Source of the DNA: Polyangiaceae bacterium | Lineage (GTDB): Bacteria > Myxococcota_A > Polyangia > Polyangiales > Polyangiaceae | Length of the DNA: 64,000 bases | Assembly: GCA_044222475.1 (NCBI GenBank) | Contig: JBGANF010000001.1 | Coordinates: 144,391 to 208,390, forward strand | Direction of reading: 5' to 3' | Shown: piece after piece, positions 50,411 through 59,851 of the stretch | How the letters are laid out: each line of letters opens with the position of its first letter | Position numbering within the stretch: the first letter of the stretch is position 1 | The notes under the pieces: model-generated | The model's input: only the letters and a program-made list of their open reading frames with translations | Databases searched by the model: none | What the model was told of the DNA's origin: nothing | Made by a program: the position numbers and the translations under genes

Positions 50411-51834
50411 GCCTCGTGGCGGACGTACTCGAAGTCGACCGGACGCCCCTTGATGCCCTGCTTGGGCGCGGCGATCCAGTTCGCCATCTGCTTCGGGTCG
50501 AAGATGGGCTTGGTCATCAGGCTCATCACGTACGCCTTGTCGGCGTCGGTCGGGAGCCACGCCGCCTTCTTCGCCTCGTAGGCTTCCTTGGTGATGAGCT
50601 CGCCCGACGGATCGAAGAAGAGGTTCGCGTGGATGCCGACGTGGCGGTGGAAGCGCCGGCTGGGGAGCTTCAGCTCGAACGGCACGCCGTGGGCCGCGAT
50701 CGCGCGGTTCCACTTGTCGACGCCGCGCTGGCAGTCCTCGACGTACTCGTCGCGGAGGACCTCGTTCATCGCGTTGCGGAGCGGAACGTCCTCACGGACG
50801 ATGCGCCCGTCCTTGACCTGTTCGATGCCGTAGTGGCCGGTGAGGCACACGTGGTCGTCGTACTGCGCCTCCTTCGCGCGGCCCTTGAGACCAGCGCCGA
50901 AGTAGTTCGCCGCGTTCGACGAGATCTCGCCGCCGAACAGATCGAGCGAGAGCGTGTACCAGAGGTTCAAGTAGCGCTGCATCGTCGGCAGGTCGATGAC
51001 GCCGAGCTTGCGCACGTCGTCCGGGTGCTCGACCTTGTGCTCCTTCATCATCTGCGCGGTGCGCTCGACGACGCGGAGGATCCCGGTCTCGCCGACGAAC
51101 ATGTGGTGCGCCTCTTCGGTGAGCATGAAGCGCGTGGTGCGCGAGAGCGGATCGAACGCGCTCTCGGCGAGGGACAACAGCTGGTACTTGCCGTCACGGT
51201 CGGTGAAGAACGTGAACATGAAGAAGCTCAGCCAGTCGGTGCAGGGCTCGTTGAACGCGCCGAGCAGGCGCGGCTTGTTCTCGTCGCCGGAGCGGCGCTC
51301 GAGGAGGGCCTCGGCCTCTTCGCGCCCGTCGCGCCCGAAGTACGAGTGGAGGAGGTAGACCATCGCCCAGAGGTGGCGACCTTCTTCGACGTTCACCTGG
51401 AACAGGTTGCGAAGGTCGTACACGCTCGGGCACGACTGACCGAGGAGCCGCTGCTGCTCGACGCTCGCCGGTTCGGTGTCGCCCTGGGTGACGATCAGCC
51501 GGCGCAGCGTGTTGCGGTGCTCGCCGGGGACTTGCTGCCACACGGGCTTCCCGTAGTCGTCGCCGCAGGCGATGGTTCGGTCCTTCACCGCGTCGGCGAG
51601 GAAGATCCCCCAGCGGTACTCCGGCATCTTCACGTAGTTGAAGTTCGCCCAGCCGTCGGCGTCGACCGAGATGGCGGTGCGGAGGAAGACGTCGTCCTCC
51701 TGGAAGCCGACGGGGCCCATGTCCTTCCACCACTGGATGTAGTTCGGCTGCCACGCCTCGAGCGCGCGCTGGAGCTTCTTGTCATCCGAGAGGTGAACGT
51801 TGTTCGGGATGCGTTCTTCGTTGACGTTGGACAT
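50407..51834 (-). CDS. boxB: Benzoyl-CoA 2,3-epoxidase subunit B
   Basis: IPNNV.L, QGDTEPASVEQQR, VNVEEGRHLW, MLTEEAHHMFVG (diiron ExxH motifs). Confidence 0.96.
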   Translation of the reverse strand: MSNVNEERIPNNVHLSDDKKLQRALEAWQPNYIQWWKDMGPVGFQEDDVFLRTAISVDADGWANFNYVKMPEYRWGIFLADAVKDRTIACGDDYGKPVWQQVPGEHRNTLRRLIVTQGDTEPASVEQQRLLGQSCPSVYDLRNLFQVNVEEGRHLWAMVYLLHSYFGRDGREEAEALLERRSGDENKPRLLGAFNEPCTDWLSFFMFTFFTDRDGKYQLLSLAESAFDPLSRTTRFMLTEEAHHMFVGETGILRVVERTAQMMKEHKVEHPDDVRKLGVIDLPTMQRYLNLWYTLSLDLFGGEISSNAANYFGAGLKGRAKEAQYDDHVCLTGHYGIEQVKDGRIVREDVPLRNAMNEVLRDEYVEDCQRGVDKWNRAIAAHGVPFELKLPSRRFHRHVGIHANLFFDPSGELITKEAYEAKKAAWLPTDADKAYVMSLMTKPIFDPKQMANWIAAPKQGIKGRPVDFEYVRHEA

Positions 51835-51946
51835 CTTGAGTACCTTTTCGGACGGGAGTTTCGGGTTGCGATTCCCGACGCGTAGCGGAGGGACCGCGTG
51901 GAGGGGAGGCTCATTCGGCTTTGCCGAATTCGGCTCCGCCGGATGG

Positions 51947-51974
51947 GTGGGAGGCGGCGCGTGCCGCCTCCCAC
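51947..51974. repeat. 12-bp-stem hairpin in the boxC-boxB spacer (REP-like or mRNA-stabilising)
   Basis: GTGGGAGGCGGC-gcgt-GCCGCCTCCCAC, with a second hairpin at 51913-51929. Confidence 0.55.
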
Positions 51975-51977
51975 AGA

Positions 51978-53636
51978 CTAGGTCCTGCGCCAGTCGAACT
52001 CGGGGCGTTCGGGGCGGCCGTACAGGGTGAGCGCGCCGCGCTCGCCGACGGCGTTCGGGCGCTGGAAGATCCAGTTCTGCCAGGCGGAGAGGCGGCCGAA
52101 GATCTTCGTCTCCAGCGTCTCGGGACCGCCGAAGCGGAGCGAGGCTTCCATCCCGGTCATCGCGTCGGGCGAGAGGCTCGCGCGCTCTTCGAACGCGATG
52201 CGCACCTCGTCGTCCCAGTCGATGTCGTCGGGGGTGAACGTCGTGAGGCCGAGCTTGCTCGCCGTCGGCGTGTCGATCGCGCCGGTCTGCTCGAGGACGC
52301 GCGAGACGCGCTCCGGCTCCTTGAGGAAGCGCGACTGGAGCCGCGTGAGCCCGTTCGGCATCGGGAACGGCCCGGCGTTCATCGCCGAGACGCGCACCGA
52401 GACGCCGTCTTCGTCCTTCATGTAGATGCGGTCGGCCGCGAGCGCGAGCTCGAGCAGCGTGCCGGCGAAGCACGAGCCCGGCTGGATGACGGCGAAGAAG
52501 CTCTTGGCCGTCACGTCGAGCCGCTTGAGGACACGCTTCACGAGGAGGGTCACCTCGCGCACGAGGCCGTCGTCTTTGTGCTTCGCGAGCATCGCGTCGA
52601 CGGCGAGGACCGCCTCGGGGTCGCCGGAGGTCTCGAGCGAGACCGTACCGATCGCGAGCTGGTTGAAGCGGAGATCGAGCAAGGCGTCGTCGAGCTCGCG
52701 GAAGGCGCGCACGATCCACGCGTCGGCGCCGGTCTTCGCGAGCTCCTCGGCGGTCTGCGGCTCCTTCCCGCTGGGCGCGCGGACGAGGAGCTTCGCGGTG
52801 CGCGCCTTCTCGTCGAGGGTGAGCGAGACGTACTTGTATTCTGCACCGGTCGCGGAGCGTTTGACCTCGAGCGGGACGAGCTTCATCGGGGCGAAGCTCT
52901 TGCGCTTCGAGCGAGCGACCGCCGCCGCGAGGCGCTTCTGCACGGCCTCCTTGAACTTGGGCTTCGGCGGCGCCTCGTCGACGAGGCCCCACTCGACCGC
53001 GCGCTTTCCGCGGACGCCCTCGGCGAGGGTGCAGAACGCGTCGGCGAGGTCGCGCCGGATCTTGCGCTTGTCGACGAGACGCGTGAGCCCGCCGGTACCG
53101 GGGAGCACGCCGAGGAGCGGACACTCGGGGAGGCTGACCGCCGTGCCACCGTCGTCGGTGAGGACGATCTCGTCGCATGCGATCGCGAGCTCGTACCCGC
53201 CGCCCGAGGCGGTGCCCGAGAGCGCGCACACGCTGGTGATGCCGCTCTCGGCGCTCATCTCCTCGAGGTAGAGGCGCGTCTCGTTGGTGAACTTGCAGAA
53301 GTTGACCTTGAACGCGTGGGTCGAGCCGCCGAGCATGTAGATGTTGGCGCCCGAGCAGAAGATGCGATCCTTGTCGCTCGCGATCTCCAGAGCCTTCACC
53401 TCGGGGTGCTCGAAGCGGAGCCGCTGGAGCACGTCGGCGAGCTCGATGTCGACCCCGAGGTCGTACGAGTTCAGCTTCAGCGGGTACCCCGGCACGAGTC
53501 CGAGGTCCTCCTTCACGTCCATCGTGAGGCGAGCGACGGCGCCGCCGTGCTCGGCTGGGAAGGTGAGCTTCCAGTGCTTGTAGCGATCCGGATGCGTTTC
53601 GAAACGAACGACGATGCTTGCGGCGGATTCACCCAT
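51978..53636 (-). CDS. boxC: 2,3-epoxybenzoyl-CoA dihydrolase
   Basis: FETHPDRYKHWKL, LKLNSYDLGVDIEL, KVNFCKFTNETR, IFGRLSAWQNWIFQRPNAVG. Confidence 0.96.
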   Translation of the reverse strand: MGESAASIVVRFETHPDRYKHWKLTFPAEHGGAVARLTMDVKEDLGLVPGYPLKLNSYDLGVDIELADVLQRLRFEHPEVKALEIASDKDRIFCSGANIYMLGGSTHAFKVNFCKFTNETRLYLEEMSAESGITSVCALSGTASGGGYELAIACDEIVLTDDGGTAVSLPECPLLGVLPGTGGLTRLVDKRKIRRDLADAFCTLAEGVRGKRAVEWGLVDEAPPKPKFKEAVQKRLAAAVARSKRKSFAPMKLVPLEVKRSATGAEYKYVSLTLDEKARTAKLLVRAPSGKEPQTAEELAKTGADAWIVRAFRELDDALLDLRFNQLAIGTVSLETSGDPEAVLAVDAMLAKHKDDGLVREVTLLVKRVLKRLDVTAKSFFAVIQPGSCFAGTLLELALAADRIYMKDEDGVSVRVSAMNAGPFPMPNGLTRLQSRFLKEPERVSRVLEQTGAIDTPTASKLGLTTFTPDDIDWDDEVRIAFEERASLSPDAMTGMEASLRFGGPETLETKIFGRLSAWQNWIFQRPNAVGERGALTLYGRPERPEFDWRRT

Positions 53637-53675
53637 GGCGCGAGGAAGGCTAGGTCATGCGCAGGACCTGCGCAA

Positions 53676-53796
53676 GTAGTATAGTGCGGGGCCTGGATCA
53701 TTCGCGCATTATATTTCCATAGCCCGAACGGCGCTGGCGCCCCCGCCGCGTGAGACTTATAGTGCAGCCAGTCCCGATGACGACGAATTATACTGC
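53676..53796. promoter_or_regulatory. Four degenerate GCAnTATAnTGC boxes, probable BoxR operators
   Basis: GTAGTATAGTGC at 53676, GCATTATATTTC at 53706, GACTTATAGTGC at 53754, GAATTATACTGC at 53785. Confidence 0.65.
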
Positions 53797-54583
53797 GACC
53801 GCGGATCCGGGCCGACGCGACGCGCTCCTGCGCGGTCTCGGGACTGCGGTTCGCGCGCGCCGCGCGGCGCGCGGCCTCACGCTGAAGGCGCTCGGCGCCC
53901 GGGCCGACGTGAGCGAGCGGTTCCTCGTCCAGCTCGAGGGCGGCTCGGGAAACATCTCGGTCGCGCGTCTGCTCGACGTCGCGAGCGCGCTCGGGACGAC
54001 CCCGTCGGAGCTCCTCGCCGAAGCCGCTCACGAGGAGCGGCCTCCGCTCGCCGGGGTGCTCGCGTTGCTCGGCCTGCGCGGCGCGGGGAAGAGCACGTTG
54101 GGGGAGCGCGCGGCGCACAAGCTGGGCGTCCCGTTCGTCGAGCTCGACGCGCTCGTCGCGCGCGACGCGGGCATGAGCCTCGCCACCATCTTCGAGCTCC
54201 ACGGTGAGGCGTACTACCGCCGCGCCGAGCGAGAGACGCTGCGGAAGTTCCTCGCCGACACGCCGCGAGCGATCCTCGCGACCGGCGGCTCGCTGGTGAG
54301 CGACAAGGAGACGTTCGCGCTCCTCCGGCAACACGCGACCACGGTGTGGATCAAGGCCGACGCGAAGGACCACTGGGATCGCGTGGTCACTCAAGGCGAC
54401 GGGCGACCCATGAAGGATCGCCCCGCGGCGATGACCGAGCTCAAGAACCTGCTCAAGGCGCGGAAGCCCCTGTACTCGATGGCCGATCACTTGATCGACA
54501 CGTCGGGGCTCACCCTCGACGACGGCGTCGAGCGCCTCGTCGACATCGCGCGCGGAAAACGGAAACGTCGCCGCACCGGATGA
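53777..54583 (+). CDS. boxR: XRE + shikimate-kinase-like regulator (BzdR/BoxR family)
   Basis: HTH VSERFLVQLEGG.GNIS, then LLGLRGAGKSTLG. Divergent from boxC. Confidence 0.9.
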   Translation: MTTNYTATADPGRRDALLRGLGTAVRARRAARGLTLKALGARADVSERFLVQLEGGSGNISVARLLDVASALGTTPSELLAEAAHEERPPLAGVLALLGLRGAGKSTLGERAAHKLGVPFVELDALVARDAGMSLATIFELHGEAYYRRAERETLRKFLADTPRAILATGGSLVSDKETFALLRQHATTVWIKADAKDHWDRVVTQGDGRPMKDRPAAMTELKNLLKARKPLYSMADHLIDTSGLTLDDGVERLVDIARGKRKRRRTG

Positions 54584-54590
54584 GGGCTCC

Positions 54591-55400
54591 GTGGGTCTGC
54601 TGACCGGCGTGTTCGAGGGAACGCTCCCCGGGGACGCGCGGCGCGAGATCCTTCCGCGCTTCGCCGATCGTGCGCGCGCGGGCCATTTCGGCAGAGTGCG
54701 GCACGCCTTCGACGTCGAAGAGATCGCGAGCGACGCCCAGAGCGGCTACCGCGACGCCGCCCGAATCCCGGCGATTCGGCTCCGCGCGAAGCCCGGCGGG
54801 CCGGCTCCGTGGTTCGAGGCGATCGAGCTCGACGTCGACGATCAGGGCGGTCTGCGGTACCGCATCGAGCTCGGGCGATCGCGCGCGCGGCGGCTCGGGG
54901 CGATCACGCTCGTCGGCCTCACGGCGGCGGTGGTCGCGATCCTCCTCTCGTGGTCGAGCGGCTCCGTGCTGCTCGGGATCCCGATCCTTCTCGCCGCCGT
55001 GTTCATGGTTCCCCAGGCGATCTCGCGCCTCGATGCGCGGTGGAAGACGGAAGCGATCGCCGCCCTCCGGAGCGAGCTCGAGGGTGCCCGAATCGACGCT
55101 GCTCTCGAGCCGACGGGGGTGAACATCGGCGTCGCGCAAGACCTCCTCGCGCGCCTGGAAGCCCGGTCGGTCGCCCTGACGGACGACGAACGCGAACGGA
55201 TCCTGGCGTGTGACGACGCTGCGGTCCTCGCGCAGTGGATGCAGAATGCACAGGTCGCGACGAGCGCGACCGAGCTCTTCGAGGCTCCCCGGGTGCGCGT
55301 CGACGCATCGAGCACGGAAGACGCCGCCGATGCGACCGACGACGCTTGCGCGCCCAGCGGACCCGGCGTAACAACTCTCGACCGAGGAACCAAGGCATGA
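54591..55400 (+). CDS. Hypothetical 2-TM protein with an Rpn-like C-terminal helical module
   Basis: Two TM segments and LEARSVALTDDERERILACDDAAVLAQW..ATSATELF. Overlaps the next gene. Confidence 0.65.
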   Translation: MGLLTGVFEGTLPGDARREILPRFADRARAGHFGRVRHAFDVEEIASDAQSGYRDAARIPAIRLRAKPGGPAPWFEAIELDVDDQGGLRYRIELGRSRARRLGAITLVGLTAAVVAILLSWSSGSVLLGIPILLAAVFMVPQAISRLDARWKTEAIAALRSELEGARIDAALEPTGVNIGVAQDLLARLEARSVALTDDERERILACDDAAVLAQWMQNAQVATSATELFEAPRVRVDASSTEDAADATDDACAPSGPGVTTLDRGTKA

Positions 55401-56953
55401 TCGAGCTCCAGAGTTACGTCTCCGGCAAGTGGATCTCCGGCACCGGCAAGCACGCGGAGCTCGTGAATCCGTCGACCGAAGCCCCGGTCGCGAAGGCCTC
55501 GACCGAAGGCGTCGACTTCGGCGCAGCGTACGCGTACGCGCGCGACGTCGGCGGCCCTGCGCTGCGAGCGCTCTCGTTCGCCAAGCGCGGCGAGGTGCTC
55601 CGTGCGATGTCGCGCTCGATCCACACCCACCGCGACGAGCTGCTCGGGCTCGCGATCGAGAACGGCGGCAACACCCGGAGCGACGGCAAGTTCGACATCG
55701 ACGGCGCGAGCGGCACCCTCGCCTACTACGCCGACCTCGCGGCCGAGCTCGGTGACGCACACGTCCTCGAAGACGGACCCGCGGTGCAGCTCGGGCGCAG
55801 CCCGCGCCTGTTCGGTGGTCACGTGTACGTGCCGCGCCACGGCGTGGCGGTGCACGTCAACGCGTTCAACTTCCCCGCGTGGGGCCTCGCCGAGAAGGCG
55901 GCGGCCGCGCTCCTCGCCGGCATGCCGGTGATCTCGAAGCCGGCGACGAGCACGGCGCTCGTCGCGTTCCGGATGATGCAGCTCTTCGTCGAGGAGAAGC
56001 TCTTGCCGGAAGGCGCGCTCTCGCTCGTCGCGGGCTCGGCGGGCAACCTCCTCGAACACCTCGGCGGCCAGGACGTCCTCGCGTTCACCGGCGGCAGCTC
56101 CACCGCGGCGATGCTCCGCGCGGGCAAGAGCGCGATCGCGAACAACGTCCACGTCAACGTCGAGGCGGACAGCCTCAACGCCGCCGTCCTCGGGCCCGAC
56201 GTGAACGAAGGCGACGACGTGTGGAATCAGTTCCTCGCCGACGTCGCCCGCGACGTGCAGCAGAAGACCGGCCAGAAGTGCACCGCGATCCGACGAGTCT
56301 ACGTCTCGAAGGACAAGCTCGCGAACGTGGTCGAGGCCCTGAAGGAGCGGCTCTCGGCGATCAAGGTCGGCAACCCGGCCGGCGAAGACGTCACGATGGG
56401 CCCGGTCTCGACGGCCCAGCAGCTCAAGGACGCGCGCGCCGGGATCGAGCGGTTCGAGTCGTGTACCAAAGTGGTACTGGGCGGCAAGGCTCCGATCGAC
56501 GGCATTGGTGCTCCGGCCGGCAAGGGCTACTTCGTCGCGCCGACGCTCCTCGTCGGCGAGTCGCCGAAGACGAGCGACGCGGTGCACAACCACGAGGTCT
56601 TCGCCCCGGTCGTCACGGTGATGCCGTACGGCTCGGCCGAAGAGGTGACGTCGCTCGTCGCCGGCGGCGGCGGCGGGCTCGTCGCGAGCGTGTACTCCGA
56701 CGACAAGGATTTCCTGCGCACGGTGGTGCTCGGCATCGGGCCGTTCCACGGCCGGGTGACGATCGGCTCGTCGAAGATCGCCCAGCAGGCGCTTCCGCCG
56801 GGCATGGTCCTGCCGTCGTTGCTCCACGGTGGCCCGGGCCGTGCGGGCGGCGGCGAAGAGCTCGGCGGCCGTCGCGGGCTCGCGTTCTACATGCAGCGCT
56901 TCGCCCTCCAGGGCGATCGCGCAATCGTCGAAGCGCTCAGCGGCAAACGCTGA
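55397..56953 (+). CDS. 3,4-dehydroadipyl-CoA semialdehyde dehydrogenase (BoxD/PaaZ-N-like ALDH)
   Basis: [44 protein letters not shown]. Lies in the box cluster. Confidence 0.9.
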   Translation: MIELQSYVSGKWISGTGKHAELVNPSTEAPVAKASTEGVDFGAAYAYARDVGGPALRALSFAKRGEVLRAMSRSIHTHRDELLGLAIENGGNTRSDGKFDIDGASGTLAYYADLAAELGDAHVLEDGPAVQLGRSPRLFGGHVYVPRHGVAVHVNAFNFPAWGLAEKAAAALLAGMPVISKPATSTALVAFRMMQLFVEEKLLPEGALSLVAGSAGNLLEHLGGQDVLAFTGGSSTAAMLRAGKSAIANNVHVNVEADSLNAAVLGPDVNEGDDVWNQFLADVARDVQQKTGQKCTAIRRVYVSKDKLANVVEALKERLSAIKVGNPAGEDVTMGPVSTAQQLKDARAGIERFESCTKVVLGGKAPIDGIGAPAGKGYFVAPTLLVGESPKTSDAVHNHEVFAPVVTVMPYGSAEEVTSLVAGGGGGLVASVYSDDKDFLRTVVLGIGPFHGRVTIGSSKIAQQALPPGMVLPSLLHGGPGRAGGGEELGGRRGLAFYMQRFALQGDRAIVEALSGKR

Positions 56954-56971
56954 GTCGATGCGTGGGGCCTG

Positions 56972-57802
56972 CTAGCCCAGAAGCTTCCGAAGCGCGTTTG
57001 CGAGCTCGGGCGAGACGCTCGGGGCGGCGCCGAGGTGGGTCTTCAAGTCGCGCACGGTGGCGGTGAACCGCCCGCCGAACCGCTCACACACGGTGCAGCC
57101 GCGGACGTGGTTCTCCACTCGGGCGACGTCGGTCGGGCCGAGCTCACCGTCGACGTAATCGCCGAGCATGTGCAAGACCTCGCTGCACGAGACCCCTGCT
57201 ACGTTGCGATCCTCTGGCATCGCGCCCTCCGAAATCGCGCGCAGGTTCGCCAAGAGCCGAAGTCTCGCGCGGTGCAGCCGGCTCTTCGTGGCTGGAAGAT
57301 CGAGGCCGAGCAGCTTGGCTGCCTCCTCCCCGCTGATGCCTTCGATGTCGCGGAGGACGAGGATCTCGCGATCGGGCGCGGGAAGCGCGGCGAGCGCTTG
57401 CACGAGCGCTTCGCGCTGCTCGGCGCCGGCGAGAGCGTCTTCCGGAGTGATCGCCCCGAAGCCCGCGCCGACGGCGAGCTCGAAGATCGGCGAATCGTCG
57501 GTCGGCTCGGGAACGACGCGCTTCGCGTGTCGGAGCTGCTCGAACGCGACATGGCGCGCGATCGAGAACAACCATGTCCGAACTTTGCCGAGCGATGGCT
57601 CGTAGCGCTCGCACGACGCGAGCGCGCGGGCGAGCGCTTCTTGGGTGACGTCGTCGGCCGGTCCATGCGCGCCGACCAGGGTCTGCGCGAGGCGCCGGAC
57701 CGCGGAGGCGTGACGCTCCACGAGGGCGGTCGCGGCGGCGCGATCGCCGGCGGCAACGCGCGCTACGAGCTCTTCGTCGCCGGGCGATTCGGTACCGAGC
57801 AT
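56972..57802 (-). CDS. ECF sigma factor fused in-frame to a zf-HC2 anti-sigma domain
   Basis: ADDVTQEAL..KSRLHRAR continues with no stop into CSEV..DYVDGEL..HVRGCTVC. Confidence 0.85.
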   Translation of the reverse strand: MLGTESPGDEELVARVAAGDRAAATALVERHASAVRRLAQTLVGAHGPADDVTQEALARALASCERYEPSLGKVRTWLFSIARHVAFEQLRHAKRVVPEPTDDSPIFELAVGAGFGAITPEDALAGAEQREALVQALAALPAPDREILVLRDIEGISGEEAAKLLGLDLPATKSRLHRARLRLLANLRAISEGAMPEDRNVAGVSCSEVLHMLGDYVDGELGPTDVARVENHVRGCTVCERFGGRFTATVRDLKTHLGAAPSVSPELANALRKLLG

Positions 57803-57984
57803 GTCGAGATGCCGAATAGCGTGTACAGCGGGCAGCTGCCAAGCGCGCCGGTCGCGAGCGGGATGAGGCCGAACAGCGCCCAGAGGCTCTTCGGGCCGAC
57901 GAAAGCGAGCGACAGGATCGCAAGCCCCAGGACGACCCGAATGACGCGTTCGACCTTGTGTTCGTTCTTGGGAAGGATGTTCAT
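57763..57984 (-). CDS. DUF2892 (YgaP-like) small membrane protein
   Basis: ERVIRVVLG..GLIPLATGALGSCPLYTLFGISTC. Confidence 0.9.
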   Translation of the reverse strand: MNILPKNEHKVERVIRVVLGLAILSLAFVGPKSLWALFGLIPLATGALGSCPLYTLFGISTCSVPNRPATKSS

Positions 57985-58083
57985 GACCGTTTCTCCTGTC
58001 CTTCCTTGATCGGGAGACGGCGGAGGATTCCGAGCGAACCACGATTTCTGATCGCGCAAGCGATGCGCGCTACACTCTGGGAG

Positions 58084-59142
58084 ATGCGCCCTCTCCTCCC
58101 GCTGCTCGCGCTCGTCCTTGCATGTTCGTCCACCCAGACGCCCCCGCAAGACGCCGGGCCCACCTACGCTGCGCCGTACACGCGCGGCCTGCTCGACGAC
58201 GCGCGCATCGGGAGCGACTCGAACAAGCCGAACTTCCAGAAGGCGACGGCCGACGTGCAGCTCGAGGGGACCAGCTTCGCGGAGGTGAAGCTGGTGGTCG
58301 ATCTCACGTCGACGTGCTTCCCGTTCGACAAGTGGACGACGAACCCGCCGCCGGCCGGGCAGAACTGGCCAGCCGACTGCGACGCGTTCGATCGCAACTT
58401 CGAGATGGCGCTCACTGATCCGGCCAACCCGACGGCGCCGGGGCTGGAGCTCATCCGCGCGATCACGCCCTTCGGAGGTCCGCTCCACCTCGAGGCCGAC
58501 GTGACGGACGCGTTCAACGTCATCAAGAACGGCAAGCGTACGTTTCAGGCGATCATCTCGACCTGGAGCGACGGCGCGGGGAAGGTCTCGGGGTCGAACG
58601 GCGGCTGGAACGTCTCGGCCCACTTCGAGGTGACGCCGGGCGACGCGCCACGCAAGGTCCTCGCGGTCATCCCACTTTGGTACGCCGACGTGAAGACGGG
58701 CGGGACGGACAACAAGGCTGCGTTCACGCTGCCTCCGGGGACGACGCGTACGCACCTCGAGTATCGGGTGACGGGCCACGGCGGCGCGGACGGCAGCGCG
58801 ACGGGATGCAACCAACCGGCGGACGAGTTCTGCAGCCGGAGCCACACGGTGAAGCTCGATGGGACGGTGGTGGAGACGTACAAGCCGTGGCGGAACGACT
58901 GCAAGACGCTCTGCACGCTGACGCCGGGAGGGCCGTTCGGCAACGACTACTGCAAGGAGAACCCCTGCGGTCTGCCGGCGAGCGTGCGAGCGTCGCGAGC
59001 GAACTGGTGCCCGGGGAGCATGACGCCGCCGAAGGCGTGGGATCCGACGCTGACCGAAGGGGCGCACGAGTTCGCGTTCGGCATCGATCAGATCAGCGGT
59101 CAGTGGCGGGTGAGCGCGACGATGTACGCGTACGGCGACTGA
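58084..59142 (+). CDS. Peptide-N-glycosidase F-related lipoprotein
   Basis: Lipobox VLAC, CDAFDR, ELIRAITPFG, TGHG..DEFC, SRANWCPG. Confidence 0.85.
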   Translation: MRPLLPLLALVLACSSTQTPPQDAGPTYAAPYTRGLLDDARIGSDSNKPNFQKATADVQLEGTSFAEVKLVVDLTSTCFPFDKWTTNPPPAGQNWPADCDAFDRNFEMALTDPANPTAPGLELIRAITPFGGPLHLEADVTDAFNVIKNGKRTFQAIISTWSDGAGKVSGSNGGWNVSAHFEVTPGDAPRKVLAVIPLWYADVKTGGTDNKAAFTLPPGTTRTHLEYRVTGHGGADGSATGCNQPADEFCSRSHTVKLDGTVVETYKPWRNDCKTLCTLTPGGPFGNDYCKENPCGLPASVRASRANWCPGSMTPPKAWDPTLTEGAHEFAFGIDQISGQWRVSATMYAYGD

Positions 59143-59160
59143 AGCCGAGTCGAGCGCGCG

Positions 59161-59730
59161 TCAAGAGAGGGGGTTCGCGTAGAGGGTAGCGAGGTCGAGG
59201 CCGGCGTCCACCGAGGCGAGCTCGACCGTGCCGGAGCGAGCCTCCACGGCGAGCTCCCAGAGGCCGCGGTCGTTCTTGCGATAGACCTCGACCAATGGCT
59301 CGCTCTGGGTGACGAGGACGAACTCGCGGAGCGATGCGATCCGACGGTAGTGCGACGCCTTGGCGCCGCGGTCGTACGCCTCCGTCGACTCGGACAGGAC
59401 CTCGACGAGTAGCGTCGGGTTGGTGCACGCGAGGTCGTCCTCCGCGCTCGTTTCGAGGGCGCCGCAGACGACCGCGGCGTCAGCGTAGGTCGTGAGCCCG
59501 GTGGCCTTGGAGTGGATGCGGAGATCGGCGCTGAAGACGCGGCAAGGTCGACCGCGAAGTGCGGTGCCGAGTTGGATGATCACGGCAGCGGCGAGCGCAG
59601 CGTGCTCGGGCGTTCCTCCGGACATCGCGTACACCCGGCCGTCGAGGAACTCGTGCTTGGTTGCCGCCGCCGCCTCGAACGCGAGGTACTGCGGAAACGA
59701 CATCGTGGCGACGGGTGCGGCGCGGGCCAT
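59161..59730 (-). CDS. Uma2 family PD-(D/E)XK endonuclease
   Basis: HEFLDG..YAMSGG, PTLLVEVLSEST..YDRG.K..Y. Confidence 0.92.
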   Translation of the reverse strand: MARAAPVATMSFPQYLAFEAAAATKHEFLDGRVYAMSGGTPEHAALAAAVIIQLGTALRGRPCRVFSADLRIHSKATGLTTYADAAVVCGALETSAEDDLACTNPTLLVEVLSESTEAYDRGAKASHYRRIASLREFVLVTQSEPLVEVYRKNDRGLWELAVEARSGTVELASVDAGLDLATLYANPLS

Positions 59731-59756
59731 ACGAGAAAGAGAATAGCGCACCCGAG

Positions 59757-59839
59757 GGTGGCGCGCGCCACCGCGGTAACTGGCGCGCCACCTTCGAGGC
59801 GACGGAAAGTCCGAGAAAGTGGTCGGCACGGCCTTCGCA
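59757..59839 (+). promoter_or_regulatory. Putative sigma54 promoter with upstream palindromes
   Basis: CGGCACG-GCCT-TCGCA (GG-N10-GC) at 59824-59839. Palindromes GGTGGCGCGCGCCACC (59757) and TGGCGCGCCA (59781). Confidence 0.5.
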
Positions 59840-59851
59840 ACGGAACAGCGC

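Noticed and set aside
51835..53229. 940-aa BoxB fusion
   Set aside because: The upstream part is an alternative frame of boxC. BoxB starts at 51834.
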